Source: Escherichia phage KarlJaspers. From it: a DNA stretch of 51,474 bases. This document shows, piece by piece, positions 40,091 through 48,530 of this stretch. Every line of letters begins with the position of its first letter. The first letter of the stretch is position 1. Made by a program: the position numbers and the translations under genes. The notes under the pieces are model-generated. The model worked only from the letters and a program-made list of their open reading frames with translations. It searched no databases and had not been told where the DNA came from. Location: sequence record MZ501090, one strand, 5' to 3'.

Positions 40091-40797
40091 TTTGCGTTTG
40101 CTTCAAAGACGGCGCGAGCAAAACCGCGCGGTGTGAGGGAGCGGATCATCTTTGTGCGAGATGATTTTCCGCCAGTTTTGGCCCAACCAGGATTATCCTT
40201 GTCGTCCTCTTTCGGAAGGATTGTTGCGCGCGGAGGAATAACAAAACCGTTTCCAGTCCAAAGACATGTTTTCTTAAAGTACCGATCCCGCGCCGGAATA
40301 ATATCAGGGAAGTCGGGATGCTTATCATCTTCCGGCAGATAGCCAGCATAATCGCACGGATGGAACGTATAATCAGGCTTGCGCCATAACGTTGACAGCT
40401 TGCCTACAGGATTCTCTATCATGTACGGAACACCGAAATAATCAGCGATATGCGACGCAATTTTGCAAGTGTCGGCGGCCTCATCCTGGAAAGATGGATT
40501 CTCAAGGCGTTTTTTGGCCCAATGGCGAGATCCGCTATTTGCAAGGTCAGTGCATGGAGGGAATGCCATAATAAAATCAGGCTTACCCCAATTTTCAAGT
40601 TTTGCGGTATATTTGAATAGCTCATCAATCCACACATTAACGTAAAAAATATTGTCGTGGATTATGCGCACTGATTGGTAGTCGCCATGATCTGCATCAT
40701 CGTAATTAAAGCAAATGCACTTATATCCAGCGTCGGCCCAATCTTTAACAGCCTTTCCAGATCCATCAAACAAAGAGAAAATTAAACCTTTATACAT
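40087..40797 (-). CDS. C5-cytosine DNA methyltransferase-like protein (compact)
   Basis: Motif I LFDGSG, motif IV FPPCTDLANSG, ENV-like MIENPVG, motif IX-like RSLTPRGFARA; only 236 aa. Confidence 0.5.
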   Translation of the reverse strand: MYKGLIFSLFDGSGKAVKDWADAGYKCICFNYDDADHGDYQSVRIIHDNIFYVNVWIDELFKYTAKLENWGKPDFIMAFPPCTDLANSGSRHWAKKRLENPSFQDEAADTCKIASHIADYFGVPYMIENPVGKLSTLWRKPDYTFHPCDYAGYLPEDDKHPDFPDIIPARDRYFKKTCLWTGNGFVIPPRATILPKEDDKDNPGWAKTGGKSSRTKMIRSLTPRGFARAVFEANAK

Positions 40798-40806
40798 TTC
40801 ATTACC

Positions 40807-41031
40807 TCAAAACGGAAAGCATCTAGGACAGTTCGGATCAAAATTGCAACCACAATCATTAACAATCATAGTTGGATCTGCAAATGCAGCGCCGCATTCA
40901 TGGTTCATATCCATTTCACCCAACGCATCATCAAGCGTCCTGATTTTATATGCGACTTCAAGCGCTGCCTCTTTATTCAGTCCGGCATCTTCTGCTTTTT
41001 GCAGTCGCTCAAAAAAACCGTCTTGACTCAT
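40807..41031 (-). CDS. hypothetical Cys-rich small protein
   Basis: 74 aa with HECG and CGCNFDPNCPRC cysteine cluster. Confidence 0.4.
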   Translation of the reverse strand: MSQDGFFERLQKAEDAGLNKEAALEVAYKIRTLDDALGEMDMNHECGAAFADPTMIVNDCGCNFDPNCPRCFPF

Positions 41032-41141
41032 TTAATAAACTCCTTAACAACAGCAAGAATAATCACAAGCCCAGCAGTAAAAACAAGCAAACCGACAAGG
41101 CCAATCATAACACCAAATAAAATATCAAGCGTCTTAATCAT
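41028..41141 (-). CDS. small single-TM membrane peptide (37 aa)
   Basis: MIKTLDILFGVMIGLVGLLVFTAGLVIILAVVKEFIK; stop TGA overlaps next ATG (ATGA); not in ORF track. Confidence 0.35.
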   Translation of the reverse strand: MIKTLDILFGVMIGLVGLLVFTAGLVIILAVVKEFIK

Positions 41142-41188
41142 TTATTCACCATTGATAAAACGGGAGTCGGAAACCTCCCATTGATTAA

Positions 41189-41449
41189 TCATACAGCCTT
41201 CCAGCTTTCAATAAACATGCTGTTTTCTTCCAGCAGTTTAATCAATTCTTCGCGCGTATATTTGCGGATTTTACTACCTGGATGTGAGCCAACAACAAAC
41301 ACACCTTTACCACTCGTGATTGTTAACTGGTTGATTCCGCAAGATTTATCCATCTTAATGGCGACGCGGTGATGTGCATCAACAGTGTGCATGATGTTAG
41401 TGACTTTAGCTTTCATTATGCGATCCTCATTGTACTTAGTGTAGGACAT
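41189..41449 (-). CDS. hypothetical protein
   Basis: 86 aa ORF. Confidence 0.4.
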   Translation of the reverse strand: MSYTKYNEDRIMKAKVTNIMHTVDAHHRVAIKMDKSCGINQLTITSGKGVFVVGSHPGSKIRKYTREELIKLLEENSMFIESWKAV

Positions 41450-41454
41450 TATAT

Positions 41455-41688
41455 TTACTTCAAATTCTCGATCTTGTTATTGCCAATTGAAGAATGAACG
41501 CAACGCTCTTGCGACTCCTTGTCGCCATGAACATCAATATAATAACCAGGTATGACAGTAAAAAACCAATTGCCACGCCAGAAGAAATAAAGGCCATGCT
41601 TGCTTCCTTTCGCGCATTTATTAGCATTTTTAGGTATTGGAAGTCCGTGTACTCTACGCAATTCTACATTCTTGTTAAAATTTGGCAT
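41455..41688 (-). CDS. hypothetical protein
   Basis: 77 aa ORF. Confidence 0.4.
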   Translation of the reverse strand: MPNFNKNVELRRVHGLPIPKNANKCAKGSKHGLYFFWRGNWFFTVIPGYYIDVHGDKESQERCVHSSIGNNKIENLK

Positions 41689-41882
41689 TACACAACCTCC
41701 ATAATAGTATTGAATCCACGCAGTTTGAAAGCATTTCCATGTTTAACAACGTTCCATGTCAGGCCGGAGTGATACGCAACCATATCCTCAAGATCAATGG
41801 TGATGATAGCGCCTTTCTTAAAGATTCCTTTCTCGTGAGTAGTGTCACGCTGTACAACTTTAACATCAACTTGATTTTCCAT
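41688..41882 (-). CDS. hypothetical protein
   Basis: 64 aa ORF downstream of motif copy. Confidence 0.4.
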   Translation of the reverse strand: MENQVDVKVVQRDTTHEKGIFKKGAIITIDLEDMVAYHSGLTWNVVKHGNAFKLRGFNTIMEVV

Positions 41883-41937
41883 TTTTAAATCCTCGTTCGT
41901 TGTCGATGCGCATAATATACCAATCAGAGGCGCATCG

Positions 41938-41957
41938 GTTTTAACAAAAAGTGCTAT
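41938..41957 (-). promoter_or_regulatory. conserved intergenic motif copy
   Basis: Minus strand ATAGCACTTTTTGTTAAAAC, then 8-bp CGATGCGC stem with TATATTAT in loop. Confidence 0.6.
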
Positions 41958-42263
41958 TTAGTCCAGGAGTTCGATTTCGCGCTCGCCAGTTAACGGATCT
42001 TTAATCCAGAATCCAAGCGCCTCACCGTAAATACCGCCATAGAATCCAAGCGCCGACAGTTCCTCACCTTTAACAAATACCAGATCACCGCTACGGCTTA
42101 CGTGAGACACGTTAACGATAACCGGAAATGTGCGGTTTTTAAATGCAGGCCGCAGGGCGTAACACCCGTTATTGAGAAAACGTGCTTTGCGCTTAACTGG
42201 AATAGGTGCATTGATTCGCGCCATCTTTATTTCTCCTTCATTGTTGATCGTGTTTAACGGCAA
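41958..42263 (-). CDS. hypothetical protein
   Basis: 101 aa ORF. Confidence 0.4.
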   Translation of the reverse strand: MPLNTINNEGEIKMARINAPIPVKRKARFLNNGCYALRPAFKNRTFPVIVNVSHVSRSGDLVFVKGEELSALGFYGGIYGEALGFWIKDPLTGEREIELLD

Positions 42264-42483
42264 TCAGAACATCACAGGACTCGTTAATAAATTTTGCCAT
42301 GCGCTTATCATCACCAACAGGGATTAGCGCATTACACTCGCGCTTGCTACTGAATACCGTCACTTTATGAAACGATGCGAACGGCATCGACGGGAACTCG
42401 ACTGTTTGCGTCAAGATCCGCAATCCCATCTTTTTGGCCCTTACCTGGGCCTCGGCAAGTTCAAAATCCACTTCATTAATCAT
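42238..42483 (-). CDS. hypothetical protein
   Basis: 81 aa ORF. Confidence 0.4.
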   Translation of the reverse strand: MINEVDFELAEAQVRAKKMGLRILTQTVEFPSMPFASFHKVTVFSSKRECNALIPVGDDKRMAKFINESCDVLIAVKHDQQ

Positions 42484-42752
42484 TTCTTGATCTCCTCAGC
42501 AATAAATTTCAGGACTTTGCGCAAAAACACTTCATTATTGATGGTCGCTGGCAATTCCTCTTTCACTTCTTGCGGCAGGTAAACGTTGCCATGCCAGGTC
42601 AAGCAATCGTAGTTGATACGATAAGAGCAAAGCCACTCGCAATCGTTATCCGCTTCCCAAATGCAGAGTTGCAGAACATCGCCGAAGTCTTCAACAGTCA
42701 GGTCCAGACCGTGACGCTTTGCAAAGTTGAAAGTGGTTTTGCTGATGTTCAT
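42480..42752 (-). CDS. hypothetical protein
   Basis: 90 aa ORF, first gene of leftward early operon. Confidence 0.4.
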   Translation of the reverse strand: MNISKTTFNFAKRHGLDLTVEDFGDVLQLCIWEADNDCEWLCSYRINYDCLTWHGNVYLPQEVKEELPATINNEVFLRKVLKFIAEEIKK

Positions 42753-42815
42753 TTGCTTTCTCCTGATGGGTATCTCGTTTCGATGGGATAACTATACCAG
42801 GTTATCCCGATCGTG

Positions 42816-42834
42816 CTTTAACAAAAAGTGCTAT
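42816..42834 (-). promoter_or_regulatory. conserved intergenic motif copy
   Basis: Minus strand ATAGCACTTTTTGTTAAAG, then GGGATAA...TTATCCC hairpin with TATAGT. Confidence 0.6.
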
Positions 42835-43099
42835 TTGCTGACTGGTCATTATTCCACATATTCCATTAATCAGGAATAACAGGAATAATTCATTCGCGAT
42901 CACCTGGATTGTGAGACTTTGAGTTTGATCAATTTTAATCAGTTGATTAACTTTTTGTGTGGAGGGGATAGAGAAATGCGGCCCTCTTGCATCCTTTCCG
43001 GCAATCCTGGCGCGCACATCTGTTATTTCTGTTCCCCGTGTTATCTCAAATAAGCCTCCGCACTTTTAGATAACAGAATCGGCGTTCATCAACAAAAAG

Positions 43100-43300
43100 A
43101 ACAAAATAAAATTTATATATATACCCATAAAATCAATAAGTTAGTTATATATGTATTTATATTTGTTATTTACTGTTGAGCTTGTTCTATTGGTATATGG
43201 TGGGGTGGTATTGTTTGTGGTGATATGTATGTGTGATTGTATATTTTTTAATCAATGGTGATGTGTGGTGATTTTTGTATGTATATATATGGGTATGGGG
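43100..43300. repeat. AT/GT-rich non-coding island, copy 2 (homologous to 20960-21130)
   Basis: Core AAATCAATAAGTTAGT at 43130-43145 plus GT-rich tracts (GGTGATTTTTGTATG). Confidence 0.7.
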
Positions 43301-43424
43301 CAATCCTCCGTCAACCAAGTCAACAAGGTCATTTTTAACAGAAAAACCAATGGCTTAACTGAAGCATTTTGTTATCTTTAAACACGCCATGCGCCAAAAA
43401 TTGTTATTAAAACACAAAAATACA

Positions 43425-43455
43425 TTGACATGCAGGAAGGGCAAGGCAATAATGC
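43425..43455 (+). promoter_or_regulatory. candidate promoter for rightward early operon
   Basis: TTGACA at 43425-43430; -10 assignment ambiguous (TAATGC at 19 nt). Confidence 0.3.
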
Positions 43456-43489
43456 ATTAAGTTTAAACGCAACAAAAGGAGTAGATGCC

Positions 43490-43960
43490 ATGATCGAAGA
43501 AAATATTAGCACCATGTCGCGTAGTGAGTTCTGCGATATGCTTCGCGACCTGGGCGCGGCAATTGGTAGTGGTGAGCGTAATAATGTATTCATGCCAGCG
43601 CTTTTTTTGTGCGCTAATGTGGAGAACGGCGAAGCAATTACGGCATCGTACATGCGCCAGGTTGTCAACCGCGTACCTGAAGTAAAGCAAAAAGGCGTGA
43701 TCAGCATTAAGCGAAAGGTGACTGATGAGGGTGATGGCTTTGTGTTTGCGCTCACTGAAGCCAAAAGCAAACCTCGTGTTCTGACTGGGGATGATATAGC
43801 GAAACTTGAAATCAAGTGGCGAGCAAAGTTTATTGCTCAACTACTGAAAACACAGCCGCGAATCAGTGATCTGGAAGGTGAGCGCCTGGAGGGTGCGGCA
43901 ATCGCACTTGAGCGAATGAATGAAATGCTCAACGAGATGGTAAAGGTGGGGGATGAATAA
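43490..43960 (+). CDS. hypothetical early protein
   Basis: ATG 43490 with AAGGAG RBS (track start 43430 lacks RBS); 156 aa. Confidence 0.45.
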   Translation: MIEENISTMSRSEFCDMLRDLGAAIGSGERNNVFMPALFLCANVENGEAITASYMRQVVNRVPEVKQKGVISIKRKVTDEGDGFVFALTEAKSKPRVLTGDDIAKLEIKWRAKFIAQLLKTQPRISDLEGERLEGAAIALERMNEMLNEMVKVGDE

Positions 43961-44220
43961 TGAATAAGGCATTAATTGGAGTTTTGATTGCAATTGCTAC
44001 CCTGACCGGATGCGAAAAGGCATCTGAATCAACGGTAGTCGTAGGCGTGGAGTCAGATTTTAAAGTCGGTCGCCTGTTTACTGTTGATGGATGCACTGCG
44101 TACCGATTCTATGACAACGGTCGGGCAATCTATTACACCAATTGTAAGGGCGCAACGGATAGCACATACCGCAGCGGCAAAAACGTAATGCACCAACAAG
44201 TCACAACAGATATGAAATAG
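43960..44220 (+). CDS. early lipoprotein (possible exclusion protein)
   Basis: Signal peptide with lipobox LTGC; 86 aa. Confidence 0.5.
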   Translation: MNKALIGVLIAIATLTGCEKASESTVVVGVESDFKVGRLFTVDGCTAYRFYDNGRAIYYTNCKGATDSTYRSGKNVMHQQVTTDMK

Positions 44221-44236
44221 CACTTTTTGTTAAAAC
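44217..44236 (+). promoter_or_regulatory. conserved intergenic motif copy
   Basis: ATAGCACTTTTTGTTAAAAC overlapping stop; GCCAGG-tgcaaat-CCTGGC hairpin then ATAATA. Confidence 0.6.
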
Positions 44237-44292
44237 GCCAGGTGCAAATCCTGGCATAATAGCCTCATCGAAACGAGATTGAGGAAAACAAA

Positions 44293-44478
44293 ATGGCACG
44301 TCGCATTACCAAAGACCTTAAAGTACTGAACAAAGAAAACGTAGTTAAAATCCTGGTAATCTGGGGATACAACGAAGAAACAGCAAAGCAGAAGGTAGAT
44401 GCGGGTTATGACCTGGCTGTAAAAGCAATGCCAAACGACGACGCCAAAGGCATTGCAAACTATGTAGCTTTCTTTTAA
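44293..44478 (+). CDS. hypothetical protein
   Basis: 61 aa ORF with GAGGAAAA RBS. Confidence 0.4.
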   Translation: MARRITKDLKVLNKENVVKILVIWGYNEETAKQKVDAGYDLAVKAMPNDDAKGIANYVAFF

Positions 44479-44493
44479 TTAGCAGGTGAATAA

Positions 44494-44679
44494 ATGAAAA
44501 CGAAATTAGTCCATAAATCAGAAATCAAGATCGGCGATACTGTGATTCACAACGGAGAGCTTAGAACGGTTGGCAAAGAGTCAATAAGCCGCGATGAATT
44601 TATGGGGATCTTGTTGTTCGGTGACTCTTATCGGCTGGGTTATAAAATGGTTGAGCTTGTGGAAGAGGTAAAATTCTAA
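44494..44679 (+). CDS. hypothetical protein
   Basis: 61 aa ORF. Confidence 0.4.
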   Translation: MKTKLVHKSEIKIGDTVIHNGELRTVGKESISRDEFMGILLFGDSYRLGYKMVELVEEVKF

Positions 44680-44699
44680 ATAGCACTTTTTGTTAAAAC
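44680..44699 (+). promoter_or_regulatory. conserved intergenic motif copy
   Basis: ATAGCACTTTTTGTTAAAAC directly after stop TAA; ATAATA downstream. Confidence 0.55.
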
Positions 44700-44777
44700 T
44701 CAAAAACGATAACCAGGCATAATACACACATAGGGCGGCACGGCGTCGCCCAGTTAAACCAATCAGGAGAAAGCACT

Positions 44778-45668
44778 ATGTTAAAACTTGCTAACATTAA
44801 ATTCCCGATCACCTTCGAATCTCGCGGCGTTGGTCACTTCATGTTTTCCGACAAAAATACATGCACTAAGTTTAACGAATACGGAAAGCCTGATGTTTCA
44901 ACAATGGAGATTGAGCACCTCATTGATGCGCACAATAAGCACTACAACTCGCTTAAAGACTATGGCTACGCAATGCCAGGCTATACATGTTTTCACTACA
45001 AGCCATATAAGGGCCAGGTGTTACCAGTGCGCTCACCGGAACGCGCAGAGATTCCGATGGTCGAGATGAAAACCTGCGACTATAAAAAATTGTGGTGCTT
45101 AAGAGTGGATAACATCAAGTATCCGATCACGTTCTACACGGCTGGTAATTCAACGATTCGCTTCACATCGCGCGAAAATGGCGTTTATAGCGATGGTACG
45201 AAATCAGAGTTGAAAGTTGATTTCTTTGTCAATGGTCACAACAAATTCAATCCGCACAACGAAGAGGATAAGGTTTACTACGTGGAAGACATTACAAAAC
45301 ACTTGTTTGGAGATGCGCCAATTGGCGGCGGGAAGACGTCAATTCAGCAAATCATTGGCGAGGAGATCCACAAGGCAGCCGTTAAAATGAAAGCACCTGT
45401 AGGCTGGCGTATTGACAAGAGCGCCTTTGCATATCAAGAAATCGTAACGCAGGGCAAAATTGAAGATATGCCGCTTGGCGCTTCAATCATCGGCATCAGA
45501 GACAATAACGGCGACTGGAATGATGTTTCATTCCCTGTCAAGCGGATCGAGTTGCACGAAGACCTGATTTGCATCCTGGCGCATCATGGCAGCTATAAGG
45601 ACAAGCCATTCGCCGCCGAGCTTAACATCAAGCGCGGAACTATGGTTAAGTGGAAAGTCAAAGTGTAA
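44778..45668 (+). CDS. hypothetical protein with internal duplication
   Basis: 296 aa; NIKFPITFESRG (N-terminus) repeated as NIKYPITFYTAGN about 100 residues later. Confidence 0.45.
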   Translation: MLKLANIKFPITFESRGVGHFMFSDKNTCTKFNEYGKPDVSTMEIEHLIDAHNKHYNSLKDYGYAMPGYTCFHYKPYKGQVLPVRSPERAEIPMVEMKTCDYKKLWCLRVDNIKYPITFYTAGNSTIRFTSRENGVYSDGTKSELKVDFFVNGHNKFNPHNEEDKVYYVEDITKHLFGDAPIGGGKTSIQQIIGEEIHKAAVKMKAPVGWRIDKSAFAYQEIVTQGKIEDMPLGASIIGIRDNNGDWNDVSFPVKRIELHEDLICILAHHGSYKDKPFAAELNIKRGTMVKWKVKV

Positions 45669-45688
45669 ATAGCACGAATTGTTAAAAC
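45669..45688 (+). promoter_or_regulatory. conserved intergenic motif copy (GAATT variant)
   Basis: ATAGCACGAATTGTTAAAAC; GGCC...TATAAT...GGCC downstream. Confidence 0.55.
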
Positions 45689-45741
45689 TCAAATGTGGGG
45701 CCAGGTATAATGGCCTCACTTTCAACGAAGGAGATAAAACG

Positions 45742-45960
45742 ATGTACATTAGCAAGAAGATGAAATGCGTTTCCGTTAATTATGGTTGTGCTGGAATGTT
45801 CAAGCCTGGCGAAATCTATACGGCGCAAAAACTGAAATCATCAACCGGATCCTTTTACGTCAGCAACAGCAAAGGGCATCGCATGTTCCTGAACGGAGGT
45901 GAAGGCACTAAGGTTATGGCACACGCTATGGTAATTGCTGAATTTGAGGAAGTGAAATAA
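45742..45960 (+). CDS. hypothetical protein
   Basis: ATG 45742 with AAGGAG RBS; 72 aa. Confidence 0.4.
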   Translation: MYISKKMKCVSVNYGCAGMFKPGEIYTAQKLKSSTGSFYVSNSKGHRMFLNGGEGTKVMAHAMVIAEFEEVK

Positions 45961-46499
45961 TGAAAAAATACGAATTTGAACTTTGGGGCAGCAAATACCA
46001 TTTTTCCACTAGCAAGCCGATTGTTATCGTTGACCTGGACGGAACGTTATCAGACGGAACGCATCGCTTACACCTTCTTCCGACAGAGGATTTACACCTT
46101 ACAGAAAGCTGGTCTGAGTTCAATAAGGCGGCTGTTGGCGATTCGCCGATTAAGAGCACTGTTGCAGTGGTTAACGGTTTGTGGATGTCAGGATTTGCCA
46201 TCGTTATCCTGACCGGACGTAGCGATGAAGTGATGGAGGACACCTGCAAATGGATTAACGAAAACGGCATCAAGTACGATGCGTTAATCATGCGCCGCAA
46301 GGAAGACAACCGCAAAGACACAATCATCAAAGAAGAAGTCTTGCGCGCTATCGGACTGGAAAACATTGTGTGCGCTTTTGATGATTCGCCGAACGTGGTT
46401 AAGCACTTCCGAAGCCTGGGAATCACAACCTATCAGGTCACGGAATACGACAAGCCACACAATCATATCCAATCGCATGGCGTGGAGGAATTGAAATGA
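45960..46499 (+). CDS. HAD-family phosphatase (T4 Pnk phosphatase-domain-like)
   Basis: DLDGT motif I, TGR motif II, RKDTIIKEEVL and FDDSP; resembles T4 Pnk phosphatase (recalled from memory). Confidence 0.55.
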   Translation: MKKYEFELWGSKYHFSTSKPIVIVDLDGTLSDGTHRLHLLPTEDLHLTESWSEFNKAAVGDSPIKSTVAVVNGLWMSGFAIVILTGRSDEVMEDTCKWINENGIKYDALIMRRKEDNRKDTIIKEEVLRAIGLENIVCAFDDSPNVVKHFRSLGITTYQVTEYDKPHNHIQSHGVEELK

Positions 46500-46657
46500 C
46501 CTGGATTCTATTTGTGATTATCACAAGCTACAATTCAGCCGCCATTGAGTCTCGCGAGTTCCACGGTGAATCAAGATGTCAGGCCGCGAGAGAGCAAGTA
46601 ATTTTGCATATGTCAGATAACGATAAAGAAGTTGAAGTATTCTGCATTCGTAAATAG
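46496..46657 (+). CDS. hypothetical small protein (53 aa)
   Basis: ORF below track cutoff; hydrophobic N-terminus WILFVIITSY; stop TAG inside motif copy. Confidence 0.3.
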   Translation: MTWILFVIITSYNSAAIESREFHGESRCQAAREQVILHMSDNDKEVEVFCIRK

Positions 46658-46673
46658 CACTTTTTGCAAAAAC
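46654..46673 (+). promoter_or_regulatory. conserved intergenic motif copy (variant)
   Basis: ATAGCACTTTTTGCAAAAAC; GGGCTT...AAGCCC hairpin enclosing TATAGT downstream. Confidence 0.55.
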
Positions 46674-46728
46674 AGATTGTCGGGCTTGCGGTATAGTAAG
46701 CCCATCGACAACAAACGAGGATTAAATC

Positions 46729-46992
46729 ATGGTTAATAAAGTTGAGTTTTTCAAAGCGGTAGACAAGATTGACGGCGCGCCAAGTTTCTTTGCTATCCAT
46801 TCCATTGACGGCGAAGACGTTGAATACAACGTGATTAGTCGAGACGGTATATCAAAACTTAGTGACCTGGTGGGTTATATTGTGGCGAACGGGAAATGTG
46901 CATGGCCCGATTCACCACGAGAGCCGCGCCGCCGCGACATGCAAAATCCAGTTCTGCTTTACACGCTGGTAATTGAAGTAGTCAACAAATGA
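46729..46992 (+). CDS. hypothetical protein
   Basis: 87 aa with GAGGA RBS. Confidence 0.4.
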   Translation: MVNKVEFFKAVDKIDGAPSFFAIHSIDGEDVEYNVISRDGISKLSDLVGYIVANGKCAWPDSPREPRRRDMQNPVLLYTLVIEVVNK

Positions 46993-47174
46993 TTTGGTTA
47001 CTTGTATTTTTAGTAGTTTTCTTTTATATTTCAGGCTTATTCATCTTCCGCGCATTGGTTAAAGAGTGTGATTGCACTGATAAAGATCAGCCTCTTGTTC
47101 TGATGTTCTGGTTTGTGTGGTTTTGGGTGGCGCTTTACCAGATTGTACGGGATGAAAGCGGTTTTAAGTGGTGA
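46989..47174 (+). CDS. small membrane protein (two predicted TM helices)
   Basis: 61 aa; LLVFLVVFFYISGLFIF and LVLMFWFVWFWVALY hydrophobic stretches. Confidence 0.4.
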   Translation: MIWLLVFLVVFFYISGLFIFRALVKECDCTDKDQPLVLMFWFVWFWVALYQIVRDESGFKW

Positions 47175-47229
47175 TTCTTACTATAGCGCATTCACGCAGT
47201 GCGCTATGTTGAGATAACAACAGGAGTTC

Positions 47230-47367
47230 ATGAAGATGCGAAACTTCGAAAAAATCGTAACCAAGAAAAAGCGCTACAGCTACGACGAGCACCGCGAGAT
47301 GAATCAACGCTATCGCAAGAAGCGCCAGCGCACAGGTAAACATTCAAGCAGATATGGAGAAAACTAA
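47230..47367 (+). CDS. hypothetical small basic protein (45 aa)
   Basis: CAGGAG RBS; Lys/Arg-rich; stop adjoins kinase start; not in ORF track. Confidence 0.3.
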   Translation: MKMRNFEKIVTKKKRYSYDEHREMNQRYRKKRQRTGKHSSRYGEN

Positions 47368-47368
47368 T

Positions 47369-47959
47369 ATGAAGCGAGACATTATCATCCTTAACGGACC
47401 GCCAGGAGTTGGCAAGGATACGCTTGCGGCATACTTAACTGGCCATCGTTACGCAGCCGTTAAAGCGTCGTTTAAGCAACCGATGTTTGATATTGCATTC
47501 TCCATGCTTGGCGTTTACCTATATGACGAGTTCATTGATCTGTATAACGACCGCGAGCAGAAAGAAAAGCCTCAAGCAATCTTGCAAGGCAATTCGCCTC
47601 GCAAGTTCATGATCTGGATTAGCGAAGAAGTCATGAAGCCAGCTTTTGGCGAGCAATATTTCGGAAATCGCATGGTTGAGCAAGTACACGAGATGTACAG
47701 AGATTTGGCTGTTGTAATTAGTGATGGCGGATTCCCTGAAGAAATCAAGCCGCTCGTTAAGGCAGGCCATGAAGTTCACATTTGCCGACTGCATCGCGAA
47801 GGATTCACGTTTGATGGCGATTCGCGAAACTATATTGACCTGAGCGGATACCATCACCGAGTCAAGCATTACGACTTCACAATGATTGATGGCGAGCCAG
47901 AAAAGACTGTTGACGAGATCATCAAAACGGTGCAGTGGAAACACACAAAGATTGAATAG
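47369..47959 (+). CDS. P-loop nucleotide kinase (dNMP kinase-like, putative)
   Basis: Walker A GPPGVGKDT near N-terminus; ATG 47369 preferred over 47354 (GGAG 9 nt upstream). Confidence 0.5.
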   Translation: MKRDIIILNGPPGVGKDTLAAYLTGHRYAAVKASFKQPMFDIAFSMLGVYLYDEFIDLYNDREQKEKPQAILQGNSPRKFMIWISEEVMKPAFGEQYFGNRMVEQVHEMYRDLAVVISDGGFPEEIKPLVKAGHEVHICRLHREGFTFDGDSRNYIDLSGYHHRVKHYDFTMIDGEPEKTVDEIIKTVQWKHTKIE

Positions 47960-47975
47960 CACGAATTGCTAAAAG
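47956..47975 (+). promoter_or_regulatory. conserved intergenic motif copy (GAATT variant)
   Basis: ATAGCACGAATTGCTAAAAG overlapping stop TAG; TATAAT downstream. Confidence 0.5.
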
Positions 47976-48029
47976 CGGGGCACAATGCCTCGCTATAATA
48001 CAAACACCAATCAACGAGAGGAAATCATC

Positions 48030-48431
48030 ATGGTAGAGTTAAACGACATTCGCGTTGGGACAAAATTTCGCGTAACCTGGGCAGATAAATATTGCGGAGT
48101 TAGCAAGGGCCAGATTGTTACTGTGGATAGTATTTATCGCGGATGCAGCAAAGACTTTCGGCGCCCACGCATCAAGAATGGCTATATCATTACTCGCCGT
48201 TTTGGGTTTGATCATTATTGCGTAGTGTCAACTCAAGGCGCTTTGATTGAGCTTAAGCGAATAAGCGATCATCGCGGCTGTCATGTTAAGACAATGAAAA
48301 CACCATTTCAGCGAGCGCGATACGATGCGCGACGGATGCGCCGACTTGCTCGAAATGCGATCAAGTTCAAAAAGCCTGGCAGTAATTTTTACAGAATGTA
48401 CAAAGGGATTGCGCGAAATGCTGGGAAATAA
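48030..48431 (+). CDS. hypothetical protein
   Basis: ATG 48030 with GAGAGGAAA RBS; basic C-terminus. Confidence 0.4.
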   Translation: MVELNDIRVGTKFRVTWADKYCGVSKGQIVTVDSIYRGCSKDFRRPRIKNGYIITRRFGFDHYCVVSTQGALIELKRISDHRGCHVKTMKTPFQRARYDARRMRRLARNAIKFKKPGSNFYRMYKGIARNAGK

Positions 48432-48530
48432 CAACAACGCAACCAATCCAAAGCCGCCATTTGATTTTCATGAAATCATGATTGTGTTATTCTTGATTCT
48501 CTTAGTTGTTTATTCAGTGAGGGCCGCAAT

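Noticed and set aside
42802-43017. 71 aa minus-strand ORF in the non-coding island
   Set aside because: No RBS, lies within the AT/GT-rich control region upstream of the leftward operon promoter; probably non-coding.
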